Assembly: GCA_965601925.1 (NCBI GenBank)
Contig: OZ271854.1
Location: 1,760,001-1,824,000 of the forward strand
Direction of reading: 5' to 3'
Origin: Alkalispirochaeta sp.
GTDB taxonomy: Bacteria > Spirochaetota > Spirochaetia > DSM-27196 > Alkalispirochaetaceae
DNA: 64,000 nt
Shown here: piece by piece, positions 19,178-27,878 of the stretch
How the letters are laid out: every line of letters begins with the position of its first letter
How positions within the stretch are numbered: the stretch's first letter is position 1
Notes under the pieces: generated by a model
What the model was told of the DNA's origin: nothing
Database searches by the model: none
The model's input: the letters and a program-made list of their open reading frames with translations, nothing else
Program-made: the position numbers and the translations under genes

Positions 19178-20275
19178 TCACACGTCGCCGAAGCACGTCT
19201 GAACGCCCCGAGCCGTATCAATCAACCGCAGATCGGGCGGTACCGTCTTAAGGGCTCCGGCTACCTCCGAGAGTGGTCTTTTGACCACCTCCGTGCCCTC
19301 TAAGGCGACCATGTTCCCGTACGCGCCCTCGGCAAGCATGTCGGCGGCGGCCGTACCGAACTGCGTAGCGAGAATGCGGTCGTACGCGCTCGGCGTTCCA
19401 CCACGTTGCTGGTATCCCAGGACGGTTACCCGCGCCTCGAGTTTGCTTCGTTCTTCAATGTCGCGTGCAACCTCGTACGCCACCGAGTGGCCGCGCTTTC
19501 TTCGAAGCCTCTTGCGCTCGTCCTTGGGTAGCGCAGCCTCTTCTCGACTCATGGCTCCCTCGGCTACGACGACGATGGAAAATCGCTTGCCCCGCGCCTG
19601 TCGTCGAAGCACGTGATTGACGATCGCATCCATATCGTAAGGAATTTCCGGTATCAGAATAACGTCGCCGCCTCCCGCAAGCCCGGAGTAGAGTGCCAGC
19701 CACCCCGCCTTGTGTCCCATAACCTCAATGACCATGACGCGGTTGTGCGACTGCGCGGTGCTGTGGAGGCGATCGATCGCCTCGGTTCCGATATCGACTG
19801 CACTGTGAAATCCGAAGGTCAGATCGGTACCCCAGATGTCGTTGTCGATGGTCTTCGGTAGTCCGATGACGTTGAGGCCCTCCTCCGCCAGGAGGTGGGC
19901 GGTCTTGTGCGTGCCGTTCCCGCCGAGGACGACGAGGCAGTCCAGACCAAGGCGGGTATAGTTCTCGATGATCTTGTCCGCTTTGTTGCGTCCCGCCTTG
20001 CTGTCCGTTTCTCCCTCTTTGTTCTTAAACGGTTTTTCCCTCGACGTACCGAGAATCGTTCCTCCACGGGTAAGAATCCCGTCGAAGTCTTCCGGCTTGA
20101 GGAGCCTGGTATCGCCCTCGATAAGTCCGCGATACCCGTCCGCGATGCCGATGATGTTCATCCCGTGTTGTGCCCATGCGCTCTTGCATACACCGCGGAT
20201 CGCTGCGTTGAGTCCGGGGCAATCTCCGCCGCTGGTAAGGATTCCGAAAGTTCGTGTCGCCGATGTGCGTCCCAT
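19178..20275 (-). CDS. pfkA: 6-phosphofructokinase (PfkA family, probably ATP-dependent)
   Basis: TSGGDCPGLN, GGTILGTSR, GGNGT, PKTIDND, EVMG. Confidence 0.93.
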   Translation of the reverse strand: MGRTSATRTFGILTSGGDCPGLNAAIRGVCKSAWAQHGMNIIGIADGYRGLIEGDTRLLKPEDFDGILTRGGTILGTSREKPFKNKEGETDSKAGRNKADKIIENYTRLGLDCLVVLGGNGTHKTAHLLAEEGLNVIGLPKTIDNDIWGTDLTFGFHSAVDIGTEAIDRLHSTAQSHNRVMVIEVMGHKAGWLALYSGLAGGGDVILIPEIPYDMDAIVNHVLRRQARGKRFSIVVVAEGAMSREEAALPKDERKRLRRKRGHSVAYEVARDIEERSKLEARVTVLGYQQRGGTPSAYDRILATQFGTAAADMLAEGAYGNMVALEGTEVVKRPLSEVAGALKTVPPDLRLIDTARGVQTCFGDV

Positions 20276-20308
20276 GAATAGTCCTGATGTATGGTTTCGT
20301 GCGGGACG

Positions 20309-21541
20309 TTACTCCTGATCGCCCGCGTACTTCTCGCTGATCGTGCGAATGTTGGGAAGGATACTGAAGAAGATCTCAATCAACTCGGGATCGAACTTCG
20401 TGCCCGCCAAACGACGCATCTCCTCCAGCACGTGTTCCTCATCCCACGCCTCTTTGTAGACCCTATGGGAAAGCAATGCGTCGTATACGTCGGCAATCGA
20501 AACGATGCGCCCGAACAGGGGGATATCGAGACCCTTCTTCCCGATCGGCCTCCCCTGGTCGTCACTTGCGATCGCCTCGCCCGTCTCGATATCGATGTAA
20601 CCGGGATACCCGGTGCCGTCCCAACTTTCGTGGTGGTTGAGCGCCACCACCTGGGCGAGCTCGTCGAACTCCGATTGCTTGTTGACGAACAGGCGCGCAC
20701 CTTGCCAGGTATGCGTTTTCATCGTCTCGTACTCTTCTTCGGTGAAGCGGCCCGGCTTTTTGAGGATGACGTCCGAAATGGCGACTTTACCGACGTCGTG
20801 GAGCATCGCCGCCATACGGAGGTTATCGCGCGTCTTTTCGATCTCATTGGGCGGCGTACCCGCTCGCCTCGCCCACGCCTCGTAAATTTCCACCGAGTAT
20901 CCGGCGACACGGTTGACGTGGGGTCCCGTCTCCTTCGGATCGCGTAGCTCCGCCATGCGGATCATGCGCAATAAAATTGCGCGCGTCATCTGCGCCCGTT
21001 GAAGCGCTACCGTCGCGTTGGACGCGAAGTGCATCACCAACAACTCGTCGTCGCGATCGAATGCGAGCACGCGTCCGTCGTCATCTCTCTTGTTGATGAC
21101 TTGAATGACGCCGAGAATATCGCCGGTGTTGGACTTGAGCGGGATGGCAAGCATCGATCGGCTCCGGTACCCGGATATCGCGTCGTAGGACGGATCGAAG
21201 CTGTAAGGAGCCTCTTTCGATATCTCATAGACGTCGGGAATATTTACCGGCTCTCCCTTGGCCGCCGCGTAGCCGGAAATCGTCTGTGTGCTTATCGGGA
21301 CGGTAAATACCTTGTATATGAGTTTTTGCCCCGGAGGAAGCTCTCTTTGCTTGGTGTCGTTCTGCGCGTAGTTGATGATGAGCTCGTCGCCCTTGACTAC
21401 GTAAATCGAACCGGCGTCAGCATTGACCACGCGTCGCGCCTCTAGGAGAATGCGTTCGAGGAGAATGTCCAAGTCCTGGATTTTGTTAAGTTCCGAGTCG
21501 AGTGATATAATGCTGCGGAGCTTTTCTGCGTCGTGGGCCAT
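20309..21541 (-). CDS. GAF + HD-GYP cyclic-dinucleotide phosphodiesterase
   Basis: N-terminal GAF; ETGPHVNRV, LHDVGK, HHESWDGTGYPG, IADVYDAL. Confidence 0.9.
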   Translation of the reverse strand: MAHDAEKLRSIISLDSELNKIQDLDILLERILLEARRVVNADAGSIYVVKGDELIINYAQNDTKQRELPPGQKLIYKVFTVPISTQTISGYAAAKGEPVNIPDVYEISKEAPYSFDPSYDAISGYRSRSMLAIPLKSNTGDILGVIQVINKRDDDGRVLAFDRDDELLVMHFASNATVALQRAQMTRAILLRMIRMAELRDPKETGPHVNRVAGYSVEIYEAWARRAGTPPNEIEKTRDNLRMAAMLHDVGKVAISDVILKKPGRFTEEEYETMKTHTWQGARLFVNKQSEFDELAQVVALNHHESWDGTGYPGYIDIETGEAIASDDQGRPIGKKGLDIPLFGRIVSIADVYDALLSHRVYKEAWDEEHVLEEMRRLAGTKFDPELIEIFFSILPNIRTISEKYAGDQE

Positions 21542-21589
21542 ATTTTCTAACTACTCTAAATCATACACGTGTACGGGAGGGCCTGTCCA

Positions 21590-21928
21590 TTGCAGAAACT
21601 ACTAAGACAAGTGCTGACGATCCCGATAGTGCTCTATCAGTGGATCATTTCTCCCTTTTTCCCATCTCACTGCAACTATCATCCCACGTGTTCCGAGTAT
21701 ACCCGACAGGCGATTCAGCGCCACGGACTCATTCGCGGCCTCACCATGGGTTTGATGCGCATTGGTCGGTGCTCCGCGCGCTTTGCGGGAGGATCTGACC
21801 CCGTCCCCGATCGATTCGTACTCAACGAGCTCGTAGACGAGTACCGATCGCGGTCGACACGACGGTCGGCACAGCATACCACGAATCAATCCGCCGCCGA
21901 ACGTGACTCCGATCGAGCGGATACGTGA
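21590..21928 (+). CDS. yidD: Membrane protein insertion efficiency factor YidD
   Basis: YQWIISP..CNYHPTCSEY...RIGRC...GGSDPVP; GGAGG before TTG 21590. Confidence 0.9.
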   Translation: MQKLLRQVLTIPIVLYQWIISPFFPSHCNYHPTCSEYTRQAIQRHGLIRGLTMGLMRIGRCSARFAGGSDPVPDRFVLNELVDEYRSRSTRRSAQHTTNQSAAERDSDRADT

Positions 21929-21965
21929 GAGAATGACGAACCGCCGTCAGTACCGTCGAGCGCTC

Positions 21966-21999
21966 AAAAAAAGAACCATCCGGATACACGGATGGTTCT
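21966..21999 (-). terminator. Intrinsic terminator of rpmG-rpmB
   Basis: AGAACCATCCG/CGGATGGTTCT 11-bp stem followed by a U run on the minus strand. Confidence 0.85.
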
Positions 22000-22037
22000 C
22001 TTCCGACCTCTGGGGTCGACGTCATAGTACGAAGACG

Positions 22038-22277
22038 TTAGGTGATGTCTTTTATACGTAGGCCTTTTTTCCGCAGATACGGCAGTAGGCCGATCTTGCT
22101 GACCGTCCGGAGTGCGTGCGTACTGAGCTTAACCCGGACAAATCGTTTGAGCTCGGGAACGTACAAACGCTTGGTATGGACGTTGGGACGCTGCCACTTT
22201 TTCGTCTTGTTATGGGCGTGCGATACATTGTTGCCGGAAAGCGGTCTTTTACCGGAGATAGCGCATTTGCGACTCAT
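22038..22277 (-). CDS. rpmB: 50S ribosomal protein L28
   Basis: MSRKCAISGKRPLSGNNVSHAHNKTKK..PN. Confidence 0.95.
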   Translation of the reverse strand: MSRKCAISGKRPLSGNNVSHAHNKTKKWQRPNVHTKRLYVPELKRFVRVKLSTHALRTVSKIGLLPYLRKKGLRIKDIT

Positions 22278-22294
22278 ATCGTTGTTCCTTTCCG

Positions 22295-22468
22295 CTATAC
22301 CTTACCCGATTCCTTAAACACTACGTGTTTTCGGACAAAGGGATCGTATTTTACAAACTCCATCTTGTTGGGAGTGTTACGTTTGTTTTTCACGGTGTAA
22401 TAGCAGTATCCGCTCTCGGTCGATTTGAGTCGGACGCGCACTACATTGCCTTTCTTCGCCTTGGCCAC
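22295..22468 (-). CDS. rpmG: 50S ribosomal protein L33 (57 aa; not in the ORF track)
   Basis: Hand translation: [62 protein letters not shown] before GTG. Confidence 0.93.
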   Translation of the reverse strand: MAKAKKGNVVRVRLKSTESGYCYYTVKNKRNTPNKMEFVKYDPFVRKHVVFKESGKV

Positions 22469-22589
22469 TCTTCTTCTCCTGTATGACGTTCGGGAACGCC
22501 ATACATATCATGCCAACGACCTCCGCGTCAAGTCGTAGCGGTCTTCGCATCGCACGCGGGGCCGCCGCGATCGTTGGCCTTCACCGATA

Positions 22590-23576
22590 CTATGTCGTGG
22601 AACGTACGACGAGACGATGTTTGACCACCGTCGTTTTCGGCGATGGTGCTCGATTTCCCGCTGCGATAAGACGCAGTAGAGTCGCCATTGCGTACTGTCC
22701 CATACGACGTATCGGCTGGCGGATCGTCGATATACCGAACACCTCCGCAATCGGCCTATCGTCGAATCCGAGTATCGCCAGCTCCGACGGTACCGCGATG
22801 CCCGCCTTGTTCGCTGCGGCCAGTAGACCGAGCGCGACTTCGTCTCCGCCGGTGAAAATCGCATCGGGGCGCGGACAGAGCGCCATGATGCGATCCAGTA
22901 GTGCCGCCCCCTCGGTGACCTCATCGTTCTCGCACGCGATCTGATGTATGAGCGGCGCACCCTCCCGCATACCGTAGTCGGTATACGCCTTGCGACGAAA
23001 TCGATTCGATCCGCAGAACGGATCGTATCCGTGGACCGCTGCGATCGTCTTCGCACCGCGACGGTGAAGGTGCTCAAGTCCCTCGATCGTGCTCTTGTAG
23101 TGATCGATGTACACGTGAGGGCAATCGGCTCCAAACAAGGCCTGATCGCAGGCGACCAGCGGAATCGTACCGATGAGCGAGAGAAACGCCTCAGGCTCGA
23201 CCGACTCCACCGCTGTGATGATGCCGTCCATCGATCGTGCGCGCGCCTGCTCCACCAAGAGGTGCGGCGACCACTGCGGTGCGCCGCTTTGCTGCACCAA
23301 CAGATCGTAGGAGTGTCGACGTGCAATGTCACCCAATCCGGCCAGCAGCGGCCCGTAAAACGGGTGATCGACTCGATCCAGCACGACCACCACCCGACCC
23401 GTTTTTCCGCTCTTCAAACTTTGCGCGGAGGCGTTTGGTCGATAGTCGAGCCGCGCCATGGCGAGTTCGATCGCCCGTTGCGCCTCCTTGGAGACGTACG
23501 GTTTGTTATTAAGGTGACGCGAAATCGTCGCGGTCGATAGTCCGGTCAGATTCGCAATGTCGCGAATATTGGCCAT
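22590..23576 (-). CDS. LacI family transcriptional regulator
   Basis: NIRDIANLTGLSTATISR HTH, YRPNASAQSL hinge, VPSELAILGFDD. Confidence 0.93.
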   Translation of the reverse strand: MANIRDIANLTGLSTATISRHLNNKPYVSKEAQRAIELAMARLDYRPNASAQSLKSGKTGRVVVVLDRVDHPFYGPLLAGLGDIARRHSYDLLVQQSGAPQWSPHLLVEQARARSMDGIITAVESVEPEAFLSLIGTIPLVACDQALFGADCPHVYIDHYKSTIEGLEHLHRRGAKTIAAVHGYDPFCGSNRFRRKAYTDYGMREGAPLIHQIACENDEVTEGAALLDRIMALCPRPDAIFTGGDEVALGLLAAANKAGIAVPSELAILGFDDRPIAEVFGISTIRQPIRRMGQYAMATLLRLIAAGNRAPSPKTTVVKHRLVVRSTT

Positions 23577-23607
23577 GTGGAGAACAATATAGCACGCAAC
23601 GGCGTCC

Positions 23608-23808
23608 CTAATTCCGACCGTGCGCCACATCGATGCAGGGGCGCTGCGGTTCGATCCATTCGGCGATACGCACGAGTCCTCGGGCGGTTCGAGCGCGAAG
23701 AGTCCTCAGCCGGCGAACGGGTATGCAGGCTTTCGACGACGGTCCCCGATAGAGATCGCATTCGATGCCTTCGGCGACATTGTTCATCATGATAATCCAG
23801 GCGTTCAT
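23608..23808 (-). CDS. Small hypothetical protein (66 aa)
   Basis: Strong AAGGAGG RBS; TTGACC and an operator upstream; fills the gap before lacI. Confidence 0.65.
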   Translation of the reverse strand: MNAWIIMMNNVAEGIECDLYRGPSSKACIPVRRLRTLRARTARGLVRIAEWIEPQRPCIDVAHGRN

Positions 23809-23851
23809 ACACTTCCTCCTTGCGAGTATGCTTCGGTGAAAGCGTATTTTG

Positions 23852-23865
23852 TGTAATCAATTACA
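23852..23865. promoter_or_regulatory. LacI-type operator palindrome
   Basis: TGTAAT-CA-ATTACA immediately downstream of TTGACC on the minus strand. Confidence 0.7.
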
Positions 23866-23930
23866 GGTCAAGCGTTTTTTTGCCGTATGTCACGAAAATC
23901 CGCGACGCTGCGAGCGATCCATCGGATACG

Positions 23931-25235
23931 TTACGCGCCGCCTTCGGTGGGGCGCGTCTCGAGGGCCGTTTTTTCCCGGTAGTTGCCCTGGATATAGCGA
24001 ACGGCCAGATCCCATTTGTACGTGTTACCCCTCGGGCTCACCGTGGTGATGCGGTAGAGGTTGTTGTAGAGGTAAAACTCCAAGTGCTCATTGTTCTGGA
24101 CATTGATGCCCTCGATGTCGTGAATCGGAAACTCGATTCTGCCTCCCGCTTCCAGCGACACCGTGATGAGATCTCCCACCAACTCCATCGGACCGACACC
24201 GATATGTTGAAGGGGAAGTGCTTTGTATCCCTCCTGTACCGTAACTTCCGGCTCACGGATCAGCGGTGGCGGCGATACGTTTCCGGCCTCGGTGTGCATG
24301 TAGTCGTCAATGACCTCGCGATAGCGGTCGAGCTGCCACACGTTCCAGTCCCTGACCGTCTCGAAATGGAGCGGGCCGGAGCGCGGTTCGAAAAAGCCCC
24401 ACGCGTTGAGGCGGACCGAGTATCCGCAATGTCGGCACGTCAATCGGCTGCGATGGGAATGAAGCGTTGCGATCGATCGGCACGTGGGACACGCAAACAA
24501 GGCGCGCTCCAAGTACTCGGCTCTACGCGAGCTTTGATACCGGATACCCGCTTCGCGCTGGAAGGCGAACGCGTCGACGTCCAGAACATCTTTGAGCGTC
24601 GCGCCGATCTCGTCGGTGGTCATCCTGCGGAGCTGGTCCGGCGTGAAGACTCTCTGAAAGGTGATGCGGACTCCCCCGCGACGAAACTGAGGCGCCCATC
24701 GCGGCCACGTGAGATATGCGCCCTTTATTTGCGCCACGTACACGGGAATCTTTAGCGACTTGACCAACTTCTCCGTAGATTTGACGATCGGAAGCGCATG
24801 GCCGTCCCAGGTCGTTTGTCCCTCCGGAAAGATACCGATGATCCCGTTCTGCCGTTTGACCGCCACGATCTTTTTTACCGTATCGAGATCGGCTACGACT
24901 TTCGTCTTGGGAATGACGCCGACCAGGCCGAGGGCAAAGGAGAGAAACCGAGACCGTATTTGCGAGTCGGATATGACGTATTGCACGGGTCTTCTGAAAA
25001 ACGCCGCCAGAAGAAACGGATCCAACGCCGAGCTATGGTTAGCCAAAATGAGAAATGCCCCGCGCTGTTTCCGAACCAGCGACAAGTTCTCAGTGCGGAT
25101 GCGGAATATCCACGAGAACAACGGTCCGGTTATCTCTTGGAGAAATCGATAGAAGAATCGATTCGTGTGGACGCGGCGACTCTCTCTTCGCCGATCGCGA
25201 CGGCGTCGCCGTCGAATCTTGCCGTCGTTACTCAC
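23931..25235 (-). CDS. Lysophospholipid acyltransferase (PlsC-like) with a C-terminal zinc-ribbon extension
   Basis: NHSSALD (HX4D), IFPEG, CPTC...CRHC; AAGGAGG before GTG. Confidence 0.85.
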   Translation of the reverse strand: MSNDGKIRRRRRRDRRRESRRVHTNRFFYRFLQEITGPLFSWIFRIRTENLSLVRKQRGAFLILANHSSALDPFLLAAFFRRPVQYVISDSQIRSRFLSFALGLVGVIPKTKVVADLDTVKKIVAVKRQNGIIGIFPEGQTTWDGHALPIVKSTEKLVKSLKIPVYVAQIKGAYLTWPRWAPQFRRGGVRITFQRVFTPDQLRRMTTDEIGATLKDVLDVDAFAFQREAGIRYQSSRRAEYLERALFACPTCRSIATLHSHRSRLTCRHCGYSVRLNAWGFFEPRSGPLHFETVRDWNVWQLDRYREVIDDYMHTEAGNVSPPPLIREPEVTVQEGYKALPLQHIGVGPMELVGDLITVSLEAGGRIEFPIHDIEGINVQNNEHLEFYLYNNLYRITTVSPRGNTYKWDLAVRYIQGNYREKTALETRPTEGGA

Positions 25236-25747
25236 AGGCTCGCCTCCTTCTCTTGAGGCTGGTGCAACGTATCAAACAATTGACGAGCCCACATCGTTAC
25301 GTCACTCGATGCGCGTTCTCGATCGCGTTGCAGCGGTTCGCGGATGCTCAACTCCCCGATGATCGTGTTTCCGATGAGCATGTCTTTCATATGCTGAAGC
25401 GCCGAACCTACGCGGCCCGCGTAGCAGGCGAACAATGCAAAGTTATTCCGAAAAAAATCGTGGGAGCGAAGAAACGATCGGATCGCCGGCGCCATCGACC
25501 CGGCCCACACCGGCGTGCCGACGATGATCAGATCCGTGTCGTGGAACGAAAAATCGGAAAACGTCACTTCCGGCATGGGAGACGTCGAGACCTGCCGCGT
25601 GCGCCACGCGAACGTCTGCTTTTCGGTCGCGTTGTACTGCTGTACTACCGACAGCTCGATAAGATCGGAGTCCAGTTCGCGAGAAATTTCTCCCGCGAGA
25701 TAGCGGGTATTACCGTCATAGGAAAAAAACACTACAGCACTTTTCAT
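25232..25747 (-). CDS. Flavodoxin-like protein
   Basis: VVFFSYDGNTR, IIVGTPVWAG; GTGA overlap with the acyltransferase. Confidence 0.82.
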   Translation of the reverse strand: MKSAVVFFSYDGNTRYLAGEISRELDSDLIELSVVQQYNATEKQTFAWRTRQVSTSPMPEVTFSDFSFHDTDLIIVGTPVWAGSMAPAIRSFLRSHDFFRNNFALFACYAGRVGSALQHMKDMLIGNTIIGELSIREPLQRDRERASSDVTMWARQLFDTLHQPQEKEASL

Positions 25748-25790
25748 ATTCGTTCCACAAACGACGTGGACTATGCCTATTATAATCGGT

Positions 25791-27878
25791 ATGTCGGCAA
25801 AAACGGAATACCCGCCACGGTTGGTCCTCTCTGCACTGCTCTCTGCCGCATGTGTCGTCACGTTGTGGTTTTCCTTCTCTCTTGACCATTCTATCGCACC
25901 GATCGACATCGGTGACGGTTTGTATTTGATTTTTTTGAGCACCCATATGGCGTGGGCGATCGTACTCATGTTTTCGCCGGCCTATCGTGTCGGTTCGGCG
26001 GCACAGCGCATCTTGGGCGAGGGGCTGTTCTGTTGCGGGCTTTTCTTATTCTTGTTTGCCTACATATTCGCGAGTAATGCCAATATGGACTACGTACAGC
26101 GCTTCATCGCTTCGGGTGGTAATCTACAGATCGCACCGGATACGCGGACGGAGCGGCTCATCGCCGCCGGCCGATACGCACCGCTCATCGTTGTAGATCT
26201 CGCGGTGTGGTTGCGCGGGGGCCTACGGCGTGAGGTCGTCTCCGCCTCACCGGCGCTCATGTTCATGGCCGTTGCACTGTCCGTGGTCGCCGCACCTTCG
26301 TTCGTGCGGATCGAGGGCGCGGCACCCCTCGGTTGGATCGGTTATGCGCCGCTGTTTGCGGTCATTCGCATTGAGACCGAGCGCGGTCGGTATGGACGCG
26401 CCATATGGTACGGCATCCTCTACGGCGTTCTGTTCACCCTGCTGGGCAATTTCTGGCTCGGTACGTTCAATCTGATCAGCCTACAGGCGGTTGGAGTCAT
26501 ATTCCTATTCCACTATTCGGTGTACATGGTCATCACCGTAGTGTTGATACGGATAGTGCCGAGAGGGGTCCTGCGCGCGTTGGTCCTACCGCTCTCGTGG
26601 ACCTTCTTTGAGTTTGCGCGTAGCTCCGGCTTTCTGGGGTATCCGTGGCTGCTCGCCGCCCATAGTCAGTATGGCAACCTCCCGTTGATTCAGTGGGCCG
26701 AGGTCGGCGGGGTGTGGCTCGTCGGAAGTATCGTGCTTCTCGTAAATGCACTGCTTGCCGAAGGAGCGCTGCGTTTCTTCCGTCGCGACGATAGAGCCGC
26801 GATCCGGGAGACCGCCCCTTCGTATGGGAAGGGGAGCTCCAGGCGCTGGTTTGCCGCCGCAGCACTCGTCATCGTCGGCGCCCATCTCGGCGGCGCGTTC
26901 TTCTTCCTCCGCGAGCTTCCGACGCGAGGGACCGTCCGCCTCGCCCTGATTCAGCAAAACAGCGATCCGCGCAAACACGAGTACGAACGGACGTTGGATT
27001 CGCTCATACGCCTTACCGACGAGAGCCTCGTCTACGATCCCGACCTTGTCGTCTGGTCCGAGACGGCGTTCGTACCCAATATTCGGCGGTGGTCGGAGGA
27101 GGATCCGCGCCGATATCGCCTCGCGCGCCTCGTGGGTGAGTTTTTAGCCTATCAAGACTCGATCGACCGCTGGTTGTTGACCGGTAACGACGACTATCGG
27201 AGGATCCTCGACGACGCCGGGCGCGAGGTACGGCGGGACAGCTTCAACGCCGGGGTATTGTTCTCCGATACCGCCGAGCGGCGCGAGACGTATCATAAAA
27301 TCAGGCTGGTGCCCTTTACCGAATACTTTCCCTACGAGGAGCACTTGCCGTGGGTTCACGCTATGCTGCTCGACTTCGATATCGCCTTTTGGACCCCCGG
27401 GGAGGAGCGGACGATCTTTCGCCATCCGAGCTTCGCCTTTGCCACCCCCATATGTTTTGAGGACGTTTTCCCCGGGGAGGTACGGGCGTTCGCGCGCGAG
27501 GGCATGGAGGTCATCGTCAACATCACCAACGACTACTGGTCGTTGCAGGAGGTCGCCGCCAAACAGCACTTCGTCGGCGCGCTTTTTCGGACCGTCGAGC
27601 TGCGACGACCTATGGTACGGAGCACCGCCAGCGGCGTCACATCGCATGTGGATGCGCGGGGTCGTATCGTCGCGACGGTCCCGCAATACTCGGAGCAGTA
27701 CCTGATTGCCGACGTGGCCGTTCCTGCGGCGGGAGACGACGGCCGGGGTCCGTCCACACTGTACCTACGATGGGGAGATTGGGTTCCGTGGACCGCCCTC
27801 GCGATACTGATAGGATTATTGCTCTGCGGCGTGTACAATCGCGCGACATCGAAGCGACATGGAAAGGGCTACCATTGA
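25791..27878 (+). CDS. lnt: Apolipoprotein N-acyltransferase with an N-terminal membrane extension
   Basis: GYPW, WSETA (Glu), YHKIRLVPFTE (Lys), PICFED (Cys), NITND, LYLRWGD. Confidence 0.92.
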   Translation: MSAKTEYPPRLVLSALLSAACVVTLWFSFSLDHSIAPIDIGDGLYLIFLSTHMAWAIVLMFSPAYRVGSAAQRILGEGLFCCGLFLFLFAYIFASNANMDYVQRFIASGGNLQIAPDTRTERLIAAGRYAPLIVVDLAVWLRGGLRREVVSASPALMFMAVALSVVAAPSFVRIEGAAPLGWIGYAPLFAVIRIETERGRYGRAIWYGILYGVLFTLLGNFWLGTFNLISLQAVGVIFLFHYSVYMVITVVLIRIVPRGVLRALVLPLSWTFFEFARSSGFLGYPWLLAAHSQYGNLPLIQWAEVGGVWLVGSIVLLVNALLAEGALRFFRRDDRAAIRETAPSYGKGSSRRWFAAAALVIVGAHLGGAFFFLRELPTRGTVRLALIQQNSDPRKHEYERTLDSLIRLTDESLVYDPDLVVWSETAFVPNIRRWSEEDPRRYRLARLVGEFLAYQDSIDRWLLTGNDDYRRILDDAGREVRRDSFNAGVLFSDTAERRETYHKIRLVPFTEYFPYEEHLPWVHAMLLDFDIAFWTPGEERTIFRHPSFAFATPICFEDVFPGEVRAFAREGMEVIVNITNDYWSLQEVAAKQHFVGALFRTVELRRPMVRSTASGVTSHVDARGRIVATVPQYSEQYLIADVAVPAAGDDGRGPSTLYLRWGDWVPWTALAILIGLLLCGVYNRATSKRHGKGYH

